From Fimbriosthenelais zetlandica (lineage: Eukaryota), in assembly GCA_977030845.1 (NCBI GenBank), contig OZ365118.1, positions 3,906,001 to 3,970,000 of the forward strand: a DNA stretch of 64,000 bases, in the 5' to 3' direction. The first letter of the stretch is position 1. Every line of letters starts with the position of its first letter. The position numbers were made by a program, and so were the translations under genes. This document shows, piece after piece, positions 1 to 14,817 of the stretch. A model generated the notes under the pieces. The model worked only from the letters and a program-made list of their open reading frames with translations. It was not told the DNA's origin and did no database searches.

Positions 1-994
1 TACCGAACCAATCAGAGGACCAGCTTCGTGTCATTCTTGTCACGTGACAGAAGGGACCAATCGTGTAAGACATGGGTGACAGAGGAGCTAACCAAGGTTG
101 AAGTTGAGGCCATTGTGACAGGAATGCAGGACCTAAAATGCCAGCTGCTGCACGTTGAAGATGGATGGTAATCATATCAGAGACATTGTAGCCATATAAG
201 ATCTACAGCAGGGCAATACCTAGGTTCTTTCCTGAGGGTTCATAGTGACAGGATTCCTACATGTGTCACCATTGACCTCTAATACTAAAGTCTTGTACTG
301 TCAATGTTCAGGGCTGTCACATTGGAAATGAAGCCGTGGGTATGTATTGTAAGAGTCTTACAAAGACTCAGTACCCGCTGGTCTTGTTGAGCAGCTCACA
401 GCCTGGTTATGTACCAGAGAGACTCAAGGCCGTGGACCTATTTCACAGCTGACTTCACTCTTTGTGCACCAGCTTCGTCTTGTACAGACAACTTGAGAAC
501 TACTTCTTCCACATAATTTGATCCATAATTCAATAAAAGAACTTGCTAGATACCCCTGGATAAAGAAATCAGACCGAAATAAGCAGCTTAACTAAGTGCT
601 GTCTTTTCAAGGCCTCAAGTGTTTCTCGAGCTTATAGATTCATCCCAGCAACAACCTATCCCTCCCTTGGCCTATGCAAAATAACATACTAGTTAAAAAT
701 GCATGTGGGCTCCATTTTCTATGGGGAAAGCTTCGTTAGGAAAGTGTTTAGCATGAGGATTGCTCTGAGCTTTCAGACATCGTATCACATAGCCATGTCG
801 GTTGGTTTTAGGATGGGAATCATATCCAACTACAAAGCTTTCATGGTGGCCGGGTTTTTGTGTGAAATCAAGTATGAAGCTGAAGGCTGAGCCATTTAAT
901 GAGATTATAGCTGGTTAATCCAGTCACTCTAACAGACCCTATCATACATCACAGCTTTATGTGAATTAACAAGGTGGCCAGCTAAGGAGCATTA

Positions 995-1236
995 AGCCCG
1001 ACATCCACTGTACGATCTTTGGAAAAACAGATTTTTCTGATCGGCAAAGATCAAAATAAAATCGTTCCGGATCATTTCTCTATTGATTTACCATACAAAA
1101 ATCGGCGCCGATCCCAAGATTTTGGCATCCACCAGCCCTATCATCTGTTTTTTGGGTCCCGATCGCCTGTGATCGCTTAAGATCGCAAAATCGGGATGAA
1201 AATCGGGATGAAAATCGGGCTGGTGGATGTCGGGCT
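995..1236. mobile_element. PIF/Harbinger-type MITE (242 bp)
   Basis: 14-bp TIRs AGCCCGACATCCAC...GTGGATGTCGGGCT, TTA target-site duplication on both sides, internal AAAATCGGGATG repeats. Confidence 0.8.
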
Positions 1237-4093
1237 TTAAAGTCTGTATAATTCGTTTTATGACAAGTTCTGTACTCCCAGAAAGGAGCAAATTGTTCCT
1301 TTGCAAACAAGACCACAAACTCTACAGTCATTAAAGATATATTCATGGCACAATGAAATTAGGAGAAAAATATTTAAATCTATAGACACAACATTACATC
1401 TGAATGCTCTGAAACAATCCAAGGACATCGGAAGGACATTGAAGTTAGTTTCTAAGTGTAACTAACAGTCGGAGCTTTTCTGCCAGTCTGCCAAATCCTG
1501 AGTTTCAGGAGTATGCAGAATGAATATGGAGAATTACAATTTTGGTCACACTGCATTGCTTATTGGACTGATAAGAAATCTGCAATGTCTATCCACGTCC
1601 CTGATATTTGCAGAAATCAACAAGTCAATAATTTGTGGACTGGATTTGAGAAGTGGATTTAAAGGAAGGAGAACCTGTCTAGTTATATCAAGTGGATTCC
1701 AAAGTTTGTAGCACTGTGAGGCATCTTGATTAGGCTTTGATTTGGAACTAATTGGAAAGGTAATCAATTAATCAGCCTAGAGGAAACTTCTCCTGGGAGA
1801 AGGCTGACAAATATGGAGTGGAGTTGGAGGGAGAGTGTGAACAGAATGAGCTTGTATTAGGTGGATGCCAGGGGATGAGCTGCTCGCTGTCTTGGCAAGG
1901 CCTGCTCCGCCCCAACAGACAACCTCCTGGTACTGCCAACTACTCGGCCTGGGAATACACCCTCCCAGCAAAACTAAGCCCATCTCTCTCACCCAGCCAA
2001 CTGTGAAGTCAACATGTTTTTTTTTCTTTCGTCCGGAGAAGAATTTTTATGTGGTTTGAGATCAGGGTCATAGCACCTGTGTTTGTATTAATATTCAAGC
2101 AGTCTCCAACACTCTCCTTTCAATAGGGATTAACGTTCATAGTTTGTTGAATATGCATGAATTTGGTTTGTAATGATTTGTGTGAAAAAACAGAGCCGTG
2201 ATTAGAAACTATAGGAAGACCACAAGACCTGATCACTGATAGAAATCCCCCACAATAGGGCAGCAACAAGTTTTTCAAACGTAATTCGACGCTCTTCAGG
2301 AGAATTGTTTGAGGTATTGTGGTCAAACGAATGACTGGAATAAGCGAAAGTTACCAATGCAAAGTTCAATTAGTACTTTAAAACTGGATTAAAATCGGCT
2401 CATCTGAATGAAAGTTGATTGATTTCTTTCTTTGTATTGACAATGTGGGCCGCGTGGAAGTGTCTGATCAGGATTGGGAAGTTCATCAGTGTTTTACATT
2501 ATGATTGTCAGTGAAACCAAGTTATTCTTGGCATTCCTCAACTTGTTGATCCATTCATCAATTCAATGCTATCTTTAGTTCAACGTGAAAATAAAGTTAT
2601 GGAACAAAACGGTGACTCAATTCCCCAGCCTCAGAGAAACGAAGGACCATGATGAATAATATAGAAAACACGTCTAGGACATAGACACTCGTCTATAATA
2701 TATTTATTCGGATATAAATATAGCTGGAGAAATAGTATGTGGATTGAAAAGGACCAGAGAATAGAAACCAAGATACAAAAATAGAATAATGCAATCGGAA
2801 AGTGTGTAATGGTGATTTGGTGGGAGCGGGTGAGAGGTGGGGAAGTGGCTGGTAGGATGTATGTGTAATTCACTCTATAGAGCGGACAGTGGGAGGTTAT
2901 TTAAGGTAGTCCCGGTGCCGCCATACCCAGGCCAGTAGAGGTGGGGTGTGTTAGTGGTGTAGCACACTTAATACATACCTTGCGTACTGACCAGCGGGGC
3001 CTTCATTCAAAGGGTACGACCGGCGCACGTCTGGTCTGCATGCAAATAAAAACCAATTATACATGCTACTAAAATAGTGGACTTGATGAGAGCTGCACAC
3101 TGCAGGAAGCATAGAGATGGGGTGGGGGTCAGCGAATAGACCAAGGTCCGTAGAGATGGGGGGAGGGGGGTGGGGGAGGGGGCGAATAGTTGGTCCATAG
3201 AGATGGGAGTTTAGTTGATGCTGAATCGAGATGAATACAAGAATAATTCATATAATTCTCACCATTGGTACAATGGCATTGCTGCGACAAAGACAGCTTT
3301 TAAAACAGCAAGTTAACTGTCCATGTAATTGCTATGTAAGCCAAAGTGTAGTTGTATTGAAATACGACTCAGTCCAAGATATAAGTTTCTGGGAAGGAAG
3401 GGAATGCTCTGGAAGTGGATGAGGCGTATTGAGCCAAATGTCACTGACTCTGACCATGATGGAATGGTCCTCAGACAAATGATAAAGCTCCCCTTTTACT
3501 TTACAAGATGAGTAGATGTCTACGTTTCATGTGAGCCAGGCGGGACAGGGGGAATACTATCACAATGCTAAATCTTGTCTTCACAGGAAAAAGGAATATG
3601 AAAAGGATCAAGTAAAAAGACCATGAGTGGAACAGAAGATCTAATTTTCCCTGTGAAACTCTGCCGGGCTTTACGATCTTCTTTAAGGCTGAGAATCCAA
3701 TGAGATTGGGTTGTAATACAGATGCGGCGTGCACCAGTGGTGCCTCTTTAGTGGGAAACCTGAGGGACTCTATCCCACTAGATGCTTCTTATCTTTCTCC
3801 CACCAAAAAAAAGATCCTTTCAGGCAAATGTCTCCTGGTATTGGGTGATTCCCTGAGGATATTTTATGAGGTATAGCTTGGAGGGAAGTGCATGCAATGG
3901 GAGATACCTTGCCATTTGTATCCATTTTCATGAAATGGCACTTAACAGGGATATCTGTAATCATATGAGGATCACTAATTGGTAGGGTGTATTTGGTCCA
4001 CAGGACAATGAAAGTACATGAGTGTTTCTCTTATGATTTAATAAGATGCATGGATCAGGATTTGGTTAGTACAACCCCATCTCCTGTAACTAA

Positions 4094-4304
4094 AGCCGGG
4101 ACTCCACTGCTGCGATTTTGCTTGCGACACTACTGCGACAAAGGTGATGCTTGTGAAGTTGTGTAAGAATAAAATTGATAAATTGTGATTCAAGTTTCTA
4201 AGGCCTTAAGGCCGTCCTCCAATGGTAAATTTATCATTGAAACACAAGCATCACCTTTGTCGCAGACGTGTCGCAAGCAAAATCGCAGCAGTGGAGTCCC
4301 GGCT
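4094..4304. mobile_element. PIF/Harbinger-type MITE (211 bp) with about 62-bp TIRs
   Basis: Near-perfect inverted repeats 4094-4155 and 4243-4304 (AGCCGGGACTCCACTGCTGCG...), TAA target-site duplication. Confidence 0.88.
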
Positions 4305-7300
4305 TAAGACAAGGCCAATGACCTCTGAAAGCCTTGCCCCTTACCAATGGCATCTATAGGTGTTAGAAATCTTCATTAAACTTAAAAACCTTCAAGTATG
4401 TATCAAATCTGAAGGGGAAGTTATTAGAGCTGATGTTCTTGTCTACTTACAATCTTCTAAATGTCGTGTTAACATGCGACGCGTCCATTACCCAGCTAAG
4501 TAAGAAAGCTGGCCTCTTTAGTTGTGAACGTCAAACATTTATTTGTAATACCCAGGGTGCAGGTTGCATGGACATAGCTATTAGGAAGGGAGGCTTTTTT
4601 CTTCAGGACCAAATCCTTCAGGAGAGTATTATTACTTTTTATCTGCACAGCATAACTTTCATGATTCATATGACATAGGAGGAGAGAGGATTCAAAGAAG
4701 GGAAGAAATGATGGCAAGTATGCAAAGTTGCGACCCTAAACTGCTTGACCTATGAACACATTTCGATATAATCTGAATATATTAAGATCCAAATCTAAAT
4801 TGGTCAACATATGAAGCGATAACAGCAGAAGATCTAAGTTGAGATTGTTATCACCTGCAGTAAGATCTTCTCTAGATCTGTTCCATGAGGAATTAAGCTT
4901 TTAATTCATGTATATTGATTCGCTCCCGATCAGTCGCCATATCAGTGTATCTGGTGAGAGGGACATGAGGCATTATAATCTCCCTTATTGCCAGTACTGT
5001 TTAGCAGTAGTGTAAATGGCCTGCATGACGAGGTAAGTCGTTGCTCAGCTATTAGAATAAAAGCGATCTCTGCTTTGTTTGCTTCATTCAAACATCGTAC
5101 TCTCTTTCAACATGAAGATGAAAATCACTCTTCTCCCTATCTAGGCCGGGGTGGCACAAAGCTTTGGGAAATGAATCCTTGATGCAGTCATTTTAACTAC
5201 AGCCATTTAGTCCAAATGCTGGATCCTCCTCTTCCACAGATTCATTCAAATACCTGTATCAACGTTTTTTTCTTTGTTTAATTTTGTGACGTTTCAGGAT
5301 TGAACGCAGCATCGGCTTCAACGGTTTTGAGTTCCAACTGAATTCAGAGAAGGATGTTTACGTTCCTCACAATGTCCCACATAATGCACCATTTTGGTAT
5401 TTCTGACATTTTAGAATGTAGAGGAAAATGGTCGGGAGTATAATGTGTGGGACTTGTTTCAATGAGGATATAAAATGGCAGCGAGTGAATGCAAATCTGT
5501 ACCAAGCAAGCCACCCTTATTATGACGCAATGCCTCGAGGCAAAGCAGCGTTTAATGGGTATAATTAAAAGATACAGATGGCACTGTGGGATCGGTGCCA
5601 CGAGAACTACTGCCATCTAGACAAGATTTAAAAAAAATGAAAATAAACATCAATCCCATTTGAGGATGCAATGTAAACACAGAGTGTAAGTGAGAGGAAT
5701 TAGAAAGGCTATAATCATGGTTATTCCTGTAAAATTATGAATTACTGTAATATTATGAATTCCTGTAAGCTACAAGGACACTCTGGGAATAACCAATGTA
5801 TAACCATCTCTATAAATGAGCATATACCTTCACCAAGACTTCCCAGAATCAATTTTCCATTTGCCTATGCTACCTTAAGAGCCCAGGGCTATCCATAGGT
5901 ACATCAAGAAAAATGCAATCGTCTTGATGTATTATCTGATTGAGCAGAACCATAACGATTAAGAGGATTGGATGCGATGCTGATGCGGCATTAAAAAGCA
6001 AGTGTTAAGCGGGAGGAGCTGTGAGTGAATGATGGAGATGGAGGTGGTTTAGGTGGGTGACCTGATTATCTGGAGACTAAGGATCTATAATGTGGTCAGC
6101 CCATGTCTTGAGGGCAATATGAGACGCTACTTCACCTATATCAGCCGGCTGTAGGCCTCCCTCACCCCTCACCCTCCCCTCACCCCTTATTATAGATCCC
6201 CACCCCTACACCCTGCTTCCTAACGATAAATAACCTATTTCCCAGCTGATCATGTCACCCCTCATCCCTCCGACTGAACCCTCCATTGAACCAGTTAGTC
6301 GGTGATATTTTTTGAAGCTCCATGTGAAAGGGCAATGTGTTTAGAGGACTTGATCATGGTCTGGCCAACGAAAACATGGCCAACACAAGCGTGGCATTAG
6401 TCGGAGCAAGCCTGGGTGTTTAGGCACGCATGCATGGGAAAATAGCCACAGAAGAGCATAGCCAAGGTGGTTATCACAGACGGCCTACCAAATATTGACA
6501 GTTACAGGCAAATATGGCCGTGAGGGGTTGATTGGTGGGGGAGCAGCTCGGGGAGTCGTTTGTTAGGAGTTGGGAAGGTAGGGAAGGGAAGGAGGAGGGA
6601 TGGATGTATCAGGTTTGACATGAAGCGGAGAATATCCAGTGTGACAGTAATGGTGAGGCTGGGGGATGGTGGAACGTGCACACGCCGCCTGGCCTCTACT
6701 TTAAATCTCAAGATAGTTTGCAAATGTTGTTCAGGAGCGGATGGAGATGTTTATTTTGGCACCTGGCGGATTCATTTAGAGTGATTAGGGTCTGTAGCTG
6801 TTGTGAGGGGAGTTGGTGAGGTGTGTTGATTACCTTTAATGAGGCAGGTATATTGGTGGCTCATAGCCGTATAAGTGGTATTCTCCCACACAATGCTCCC
6901 TCTATGCTTCCCTCTCCCTCTCTCCATCTCCACTGGGAGGATTTTTTTTATCAGAACTTCTACTTTTATCATGCAAAGTGATGGTGTGAACATGTCGAGG
7001 CGTAGCGAGATGGCTGGAGAGTTTAGGACTCCCCGTTGATACCAGGGTTTGAAGTTGTTGATATTTAAAAGTTTTAAAATGGCTGCCTATTTGTCTCTGT
7101 CTCAGCTATTAGCCTATTGATATCAGAATTGAGTCAATAAAGAGGAACGAAGCCACTACTAACATGCAAAAACGATTGAGAACTAACGGGAAATTCAAAG
7201 TTCTTTCACTTTGAATTTTTAAAGAATTTTCGTTTGACATTTCTAAGCACAATTGGCATACTTATTATAAGATGTTAGATTAATTAATACAATTGAGGGT

Positions 7301-10300
7301 GAACTGTATAGGAGAGAGGACGTATATAAGGCCAGTACAACCCTGGTGGGATTAGATTGAGACACAATTAAGACCTGATTAACTGCACTGGGCAGCTTGA
7401 CCTTGTGCCCATAGATGCTGACCGGAAGTGGCAAGGGCACTCTTCAGGATTTGTCATCGATTAGTGCAGGCGGCCAGAACACTGCCTGGTCAAGTAATCG
7501 TTACACCTCATAATGGTGGCCACAGAATGCTCGCTGCCCAAGACATTCAGGCTGGGGTTGAACAGAATACCAATTTAGTTTGGGACAAATCCAATGTGGT
7601 GCATTAGCAACTAGAACAGTCCCTATATGAAGGCTATGAACAACGTGTCATTTTTTGTGGGCTTGCCAAGAATTGTTGGTTGAAATACCCTGACAAAACA
7701 GTGTTCAAGTATTGTGCAAAAATATGTCCCGAAAAAAATAAGGGCATATACATAAATATGCATAGCTTTCCTTCACGGAAATTCGTCAGGAATATGTGGA
7801 AGACTACATGGTTTAAGAAATCAGAGTCATTCAGTTGTTAGCGAATAAAGCACAGATATGAACTTTTAAAGCAATATGGAAATGTCACTTTCGAATTCTA
7901 GTCACTCAAGGTTGAGCACGTTCAAATAAAACGTGACTGGAAAATCTTTAGCCTTATTACCTTTCACAGTCAGAGAGTCAAGCTTTTAAGTGAAAAAGTT
8001 AAGAGAGAATATGGATTCCACGATTGAATCATAAAATAAATTCTCAGCTAAATTATCATTTCACTTTCAAATATTGTATCATGGTCAATATTATTTGGGA
8101 TGGAAACCAAAAATCACTTATTTGTCGAGTAAAGCTCAAGTAAGAGTTTCTGTTTCTTTTACTCCACATAAATCTTTAATTGTTTAAACACAGCATCAAA
8201 ACTAGGACAATGAATGGATTTGTTTGCGAGAAAACAATCCCAGTAGGTATCGAAAATTGTGGCATATTTGCATTGTCAACAAAGCTTCAAGAAACAGTCG
8301 CACGTCGACAGAACTTTTTGGGGAAGTTCCAGAATATCTCTGGAGAATTGAATCATACTATATGCTTAGGTAAAGTTGATAACACCATCAAGGCCATGGT
8401 TATCAAAGACACTGCGGCGAGAGATGCAAGGTTTAGGAAATCAACTCGGCGGCCATCTTGATTTCCATGGCTCGCCTGAGCATCTATATTCAGTCCAGGC
8501 ACCAGGCACCTCCAAAAAGCACCTTAAACAAGGCCTGATTACGGTGCCCGCTGCTTCCTCTCTTCTTTAAGACCCGTGTTTTTGTGAACCTACAGATTGC
8601 TTCAGTCAGGGGTGTAAAATAGCCGGTAAATGGGCCAGCAATCTATTCTCTGCCGACACTACATTAGCTAGGTGACTATAACGATAGTTGAGTCGATGGT
8701 AAATGACAAGACTTGGCTTTCTCTAACCACATGTTTGCCTGGAGCGTGCATGGGTACACCTAACTAACTGATAATTTACACCACCCACGGGAACAGGCTG
8801 AACATTCACAAACTGTAAGTGACAAGTACACAGGTTCAAAACCTGTGAAATCAGTTCAACTAAATGGGGCATCTGGTCTATGAACATCACAACTGCCAAG
8901 AGAAGCGATCATGACCAAAAGTCAAATATTTCGCCTCAGAAATCTCGGTGAAGAATTGCCTTTAATGTTCAATGGGGGTTGCAGTGCAACTAGTTTTCCC
9001 ATTTTTACTTTCAGGCATGGTTTAGGGTTGGTCTATTTTGGTTCACAATGAACATTTATCTTTCAATGTTGAAGGAAACAGTGAAATAGTTAAATATCAG
9101 GAGAGCCAGGATGCCTCAGCTGGGTGGACAAGGAATGTAATTATCATGTTCTGGGACTACACTTGAGTGACAAAATGATAAGATTTCAGAAAAAAATGAA
9201 ATATAAATTAGTAGGGGACGCGCAATGGGCATTAAAGGAATGTCATGGAATCAGGAAAGTATCAGAATCAATTCCCGGGTCATGTCTCCTAGATCAAAGT
9301 GCAATTATCGGTCATATCTTTTGGGACGACACCAACAGCATTTGAGGCTGATAGAAGGATTTGTCATTTTGACATTAAAATGAAAGGAATAGAGTGGCGT
9401 GATGTCAATGTTAAACATACAGTTACTCTGCTTTCACCATGCATAACAGATAAATGATTCTAAGTAGCTAAATGGACTGTTTGGGATCGAGAAGTCAAGT
9501 GCCAGAGCCATCCTTACAGGCAAAATACCCAACCACTTTGTCAGACAATAGGCAGTTGAGTTATGTTCCTAAAGTTCTAATGTAAGCATCCTAGTATCCA
9601 AGAGGATCGAGCAGGAACCTTCTGCTCCACATATCTTAATTATGTGAGTTAGTTTTTAATTCAGAATAACGTCCCCTGTTCCAGCGAGCAGATTGACATA
9701 TGGAAGTGATCTGCGGGATAAGTTGGACCTAATTGGGAACTGTTTCACATGGGACTTTGACTTCACCAGTGATAACCAGCTAGCCGGGACTGTGCTTAAT
9801 GACCCTAGTCCCCCGGGATGGCAGCTAGATGGGCGCACTATATGGGTTGTGGGAATCGCTTCTCCACATCGATGAGTTCTTGTATTGAGGGAGAAGTCTA
9901 TAATAAACCCTAGTCTCCAACCATTGTATTGGACAATCCTTATACAAGGGGGTGAGATTAAATAACCCTTACTGGGTATAAGAAGAATGGGTGCCGTAAT
10001 AAGCTCCATTTCTGTACTCTATTGACTTAGTTGGTACCCGAGCCCCCCACCTTCCGTCGTCTCCCAAATCACTGATCTTCCCGTGGAAATCCCCCTCTTC
10101 ACTTACAATTCATCAGATGTAGGAAAAAACTTGTTTGGCTGGCAGCCATTCGCCACAAGAGGTCCTCTTTCAATATGCCAATTTTATAGTGAATTTCATA
10201 ACAGATGGCTTTTAAAAGAGAATGATCTATGATCATTTCTCCTAATGCATTTTATCAGGGGAAATTCCAAAAAGGATTTAGAAGGAATGATGAGCGCTGT

Positions 10301-11936
10301 AAGAATATTTATCACTGAATCTGATCAGTTATAGAGTGATGAATGCGGGATGGGGAAACTTTGATGATTTATATTAATTTATCAGTTTTCATTTGAAGCT
10401 TTTCTCAGGGACACATCAGTGGGTAATGTTGATTGGAGCACTCGGGACCTTGGCAATGTCTGTCTTCTAATTCACTCACTTTAAGCAGGCAGTTAATATG
10501 AGGGACAGTCGGCAGGTTTTGCATGTGACATGATTGTGGTTTGGCTGGGACGATAAGACAAGGCAATGTTGGCTGGGAGCTGGAAGCGAAACCTGAGGAG
10601 GGACTCGAAATATGGCGAGTCACTCCCCCAGTGAGTCGTTCTAGGAGGGATGTGATAATCATCTTTAGGAGTGGGGACTTGGAGGGAAAGACAGGAGAAG
10701 CTCGGAGGGAATGATTGCTGGCAGATGCTGTTCACATGCTCTACACTCCCGCTCCTCAGTGGCTTCACTGGAGATCCCTGGTTTGCCTAATGATCTAATG
10801 AAATGTGGTTTGATATAGATTTAAGCGATGCCAGCGATGAATACGCTTAAATAGTGATTGATATCAGCAACCTTCTTACTACCACAGGGCAATAACGTAT
10901 CTTGTTTGGTAGGAAAATCGATGTGAATAACTTGAAGATAGGATTCAGATACTCCATCCTAGAGCATCCATAGATCAACATGGGTTTTAGACTCTATATC
11001 ATCCCCCTCCCAGTCAAATACAAATCTAGTGGTTGGCTATCATTAAGATGAATCAATTTATATAAAGATTTCCTGATCGACCGAGACCAGGACTGGAGGA
11101 GTTAGGGAGGGGTGGATGTAATGGACCTGCTACCATGTGTGGATGGGATCAATGTGCCTATAATAGTATCCCTACTCAGTCACATACAACTCACCCTACA
11201 AAGACCGAGCCCGCGGGAAAAAAAGGTGATAGCTTGTGACTGATTAATAGGCATACGGCGTTCAAATCTCCAGTAAATCCCTCTAAAGCGTTGAGGCAAT
11301 CAATACGAGTGTCCCCGCCCCTAAATCCACTCTTAAGCCTTTGAAAATGTGAAATCTATAAATCTACAAGTAGACTTGAAATTTAAATAATAACATGGGG
11401 TAATTTATGACTGGGGATGAACATTCAGGGGGAGGCTATAAGAAGTGTATTTCAGAGATTTGGCAGCAAGGAACAGGTTGGTGTTTCAGACAGGATCATC
11501 GCTGGAAGGTATCATTCACTCAGCCTCAAGGCCAGGCATGCAGAATAAATACTTGTAAATCCATGATTTAGCAGCGAGGAGCAGGCCTTGAGATATGATA
11601 CAGTGGCGAGGACAGACCTCCCGAAAGCACAAAAACCCTCTAGGATAACAGTATAATTTGGCATGGTTGATGTTTTTAGAAGGAATCCATATAGATATCT
11701 TCTAAAACATCAATGGTAATGTGAGAAAGAAGCAGAGATCTTCTTGGCACAACTTCTAACTCGATTCTTTGAATAGTCAATGGATGGTCCCATATTTAAG
11801 AGGCTAAATTCAGCATTCACGCGTATAACTAAATACAAGTGAAGGATAAAAAAAACCTCAATCAGCCAAAACATTATCACCATTATGGGTACACTCTATA
11901 TAGTAAACAGACAGAATAGAGTTCTCCTTAATAGGT

Positions 11937-12270
11937 GATTGTGATTGTGATTGAATGGGGTTTAACGTCACTTTTGAACAATTTTTCAGTTATATCATGA
12001 CGGTGCCTACTTGTGACAGTGAGCCCAATGCTCTTTTATAGTGCTGCCTCACTGAGGTATCATGTCGCAGGCACATGACATGATATCTCACCCAGTCACA
12101 TTATACTGACACCGGGTTGACCAGTCCTAGCACTGTCCTCTTTTTGCTGAGTGCCAAGCGAGGGAGCCACTAGTCCCATTTTTTCAGTCTTTGGTATGAC
12201 CCGGCCGCGGTTCGAACCAGCGACCTTCCACACACGGGGCGGACACTCTAACCACTACACCACCGCGGTG
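11937..12270 (-). mobile_element. Full-length tRNA-derived SINE
   Basis: Minus-strand tRNA head (GGTGTAGTGGTTAGAG A-box; GGTTCGAACC B-box) and (CAATCA)n tail. 16-bp TSD GTTCTCCTTAATAGGT at 11921-11936 and 12271-12286. Confidence 0.9.
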
Positions 12271-13114
12271 GTTCTCCTTAATAGGTTGTTTGCTTTAAGT
12301 AATATACCTACCCACCATGCTGATATAACGCTGTGTTTGGATTTATGGCAGTTTGGCACCACTAGAGTCTACTGGAGGGATTAGCACTGAGATGGTGGGA
12401 AGCCTAGTGTAAGACGAGGTTAGGGTATTCATCCTTCCTTACCTCCAACACCTCCAACTTTACCCCTAGACAGTCTGGGTTTCTGGGACCATGTACTTTG
12501 AGAGACATTATAAAGAACCACTGCTGTCCTTTTAAAAGTGCAGGTTGTTTGCATGCACACAGGTGTTTCCTAATTGTTGCATTGGAATAGCAAAATTATT
12601 ATAGCTGAAAAATTGCAGTGCCCAAACTGATTATGTATTCAAACATATGCTCAGGGGGATAGCCTATTATCTGTGTAATCATATATTAGAGATTCAGTTT
12701 CAGGTCAGGTATTGGGTGTCTATGAGCTCTATATTCACCAGCCGTCCCTTGGTATGGAGAAAGTTTGTTTACAGCATAATGAAGTAGGTGATAGGGAAGC
12801 GATATAAATCCAGACAGCAGTCTGCAGCTGTATTCTCACATACGTCCCAACTTTAAACCACAATATGGCCCAGAGCTGTGACAATAGTGACCCCAGAAGA
12901 CCGGTATGGTAGGCGGGTTTTAGCGCCCTCTGTGACCCCAGCCTCCATGGTGGAGGAAGAGAGAGGAGTGAATCAATCCTCTCTATCTAACAGTCATTCA
13001 TGGACACGGCATTGGTGTCCTCAGAATGGAGCTTCCGCGTTCTCCAAGTATGACATGTCAGGATATAGTTCCTACCAAACTTGCAGCTGTATCCTGCATC
13101 AGCGAACTACTTTA

Positions 13115-13320
13115 CAGCTACCCTGCTATCTTTCCCTCTTCTTATAAACTACTCAGTATTTTGAGAGAATTCAGTTCAAAGTTAAGGACTTTTCAGCTAG
13201 CCTGCTATCTTTCCCTCTTCTTATAAACTACTCAGTATTTTGAGAGAATTCAGTTCAAAGTTAAGGACTTTTCAGCTAGCCTGCTATCTTTCCCTCATCT
13301 TATAAACTACTCAGTATTTT
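13115..13320. repeat. 79-bp tandem repeat, about 2.6 copies
   Basis: CCTGCTATCT recurs at 13122, 13201 and 13280 in nearly identical units. Confidence 0.95.
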
Positions 13321-13774
13321 TTTTATTTTTTTTTTTTACAGAATCTCAGTTTAAATTTAAGGACTTGTCCAGTCCCAACAAGAACTTGATGATCAGTTTC
13401 GAGATGGTCATCTATGTCCGGAAAAACAACATCCTGCTCCACCAGAAATGTCACTGGTTTCCTGGTTTTTGATTTGACATCTCAGTTGCACTTTACCCCT
13501 TAGCAGTTTATTCAATAAGTGAGCTGGCGTTTATATATGTAGCGTTGGATAGGGAGCTGACAGGACTTGGACAGAGAGCTTCATCATGTCGTTGTAGGGA
13601 GCATGCGAGCATGGGTCTCGGGCATCATGGTGTATTTGTATGACAAGGCGGACCAAGCATGGCCATTATCACAGGCCGTGCTCTCCGTTATCAATGAGAT
13701 ACACAGGTCGCGCTTTAACCAACACTTTCCCTCAGATTATTGATCAAACTTGACAGTCAGATTGACCCTCAGCG

Positions 13775-13880
13775 GCCACCCCACCCACCCCACCCACCAC
13801 CACCACCACCCACCCACCCCACCCACCACCACCCACCGCCACCCACCCCACCCACCACCACCCACCGCCACCCACCCCAG
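13775..13880. repeat. CCA/CCCA-rich low-complexity microsatellite
   Basis: Visible (ccac/ccca)n run; explains the proline/histidine junk ORFs in the track. Confidence 0.95.
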
Positions 13881-14288
13881 CTGTGCTACCAACAATGCAT
13901 TTCCATTCCAGCTTTCCACACAGTTTGTTCACGGGTGCAAAAAACTTCCCATGTCCTCCCGGCCGGGGTTTAAATCATTTGGATACGTCTATATTCGGGG
14001 TTGTTAAAATCATCCTCTATCAATTCTGTGGGTTGCCCGCAGCACTGCTGGTGGTGCACTGATCATACAAACATGTTTGGGAGCTGAGAGAAATTAGGTG
14101 AATGGATGGAGGTGTAATTTATTAGGGTCATTAATCATAGATGAGCATCTAGAGGCATGAACCCACACCCACAGTCCCTTCCTGGACCTCAAAACAAGCC
14201 AATGAGGACAAGCTGGCCACATCCCGTATGGAAATTAACCATGTTGATTCTCAAGAGAGGCAAGGAAATGGAGAAGTCGTCTACTCTG

Positions 14289-14445
14289 TCAGCGGGGCTC
14301 TGACCTGCCCGGGTGGACGGCTGGGGGTATGGCAGGTCGATAGACATGCAGTGGGTGGCCACTGGACCCTTGATCATTTTCTTCTCCTGTCTTTGAATTT
14401 ACTTTGCTCTTAATTGGATCATGTTTGAATTTTAAACGCCACTCT
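14289..14445 (-). CDS. Small secreted precursor, coding exon 3 (terminal)
   Basis: ttttatttatcgtcaactgccaatgctcaag| (G)EWRLKFKHDPIKSKVNSKTGEENDQGSSGHPLHVYRPAIPPAVHPGRSEPR*. Phase 2 compatible; weaker AAG acceptor. Confidence 0.5.
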
Positions 14446-14817
14446 CTTGAGCATTGGCAGTTGACGATAAATAAAAAGCTTCAAATGGTATGGAAACATG
14501 ATCAGAAGAAACAGAATCAAGTATGTGTACTCAGCGCATATCTGAATATTCTCAACCTGTATAATTGTGCCTCTAACAGGTACATTGAGATAACATCTAA
14601 AAGTTGAAATTTCACAGCAAAAACTGACAGAAAAAGGGTTGAAGGCACGCCCAAAGCTCTGAATTGTGTACAAAATTATTACAGCAAAATATGATGGTTG
14701 TTTAAGCTAGGTGGTGAAGTGCACTACCTCTAGACTTGAATAGAAAGACCAGGGTATTCATGAAGAACAATCCATCAGGCTTCGTTCACACCTGATGGAC
14801 AATAGTAAATACCTTAC

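Noticed and set aside
1-530. Coding-looking composition at the window start
   Set aside because: The frames I translated contain several stops, and I could not assign a product.
13737-14007. Several Pro/His/Gly/Trp-rich ORFs in the track
   Set aside because: They are translations of the CCA/CCCA microsatellite.
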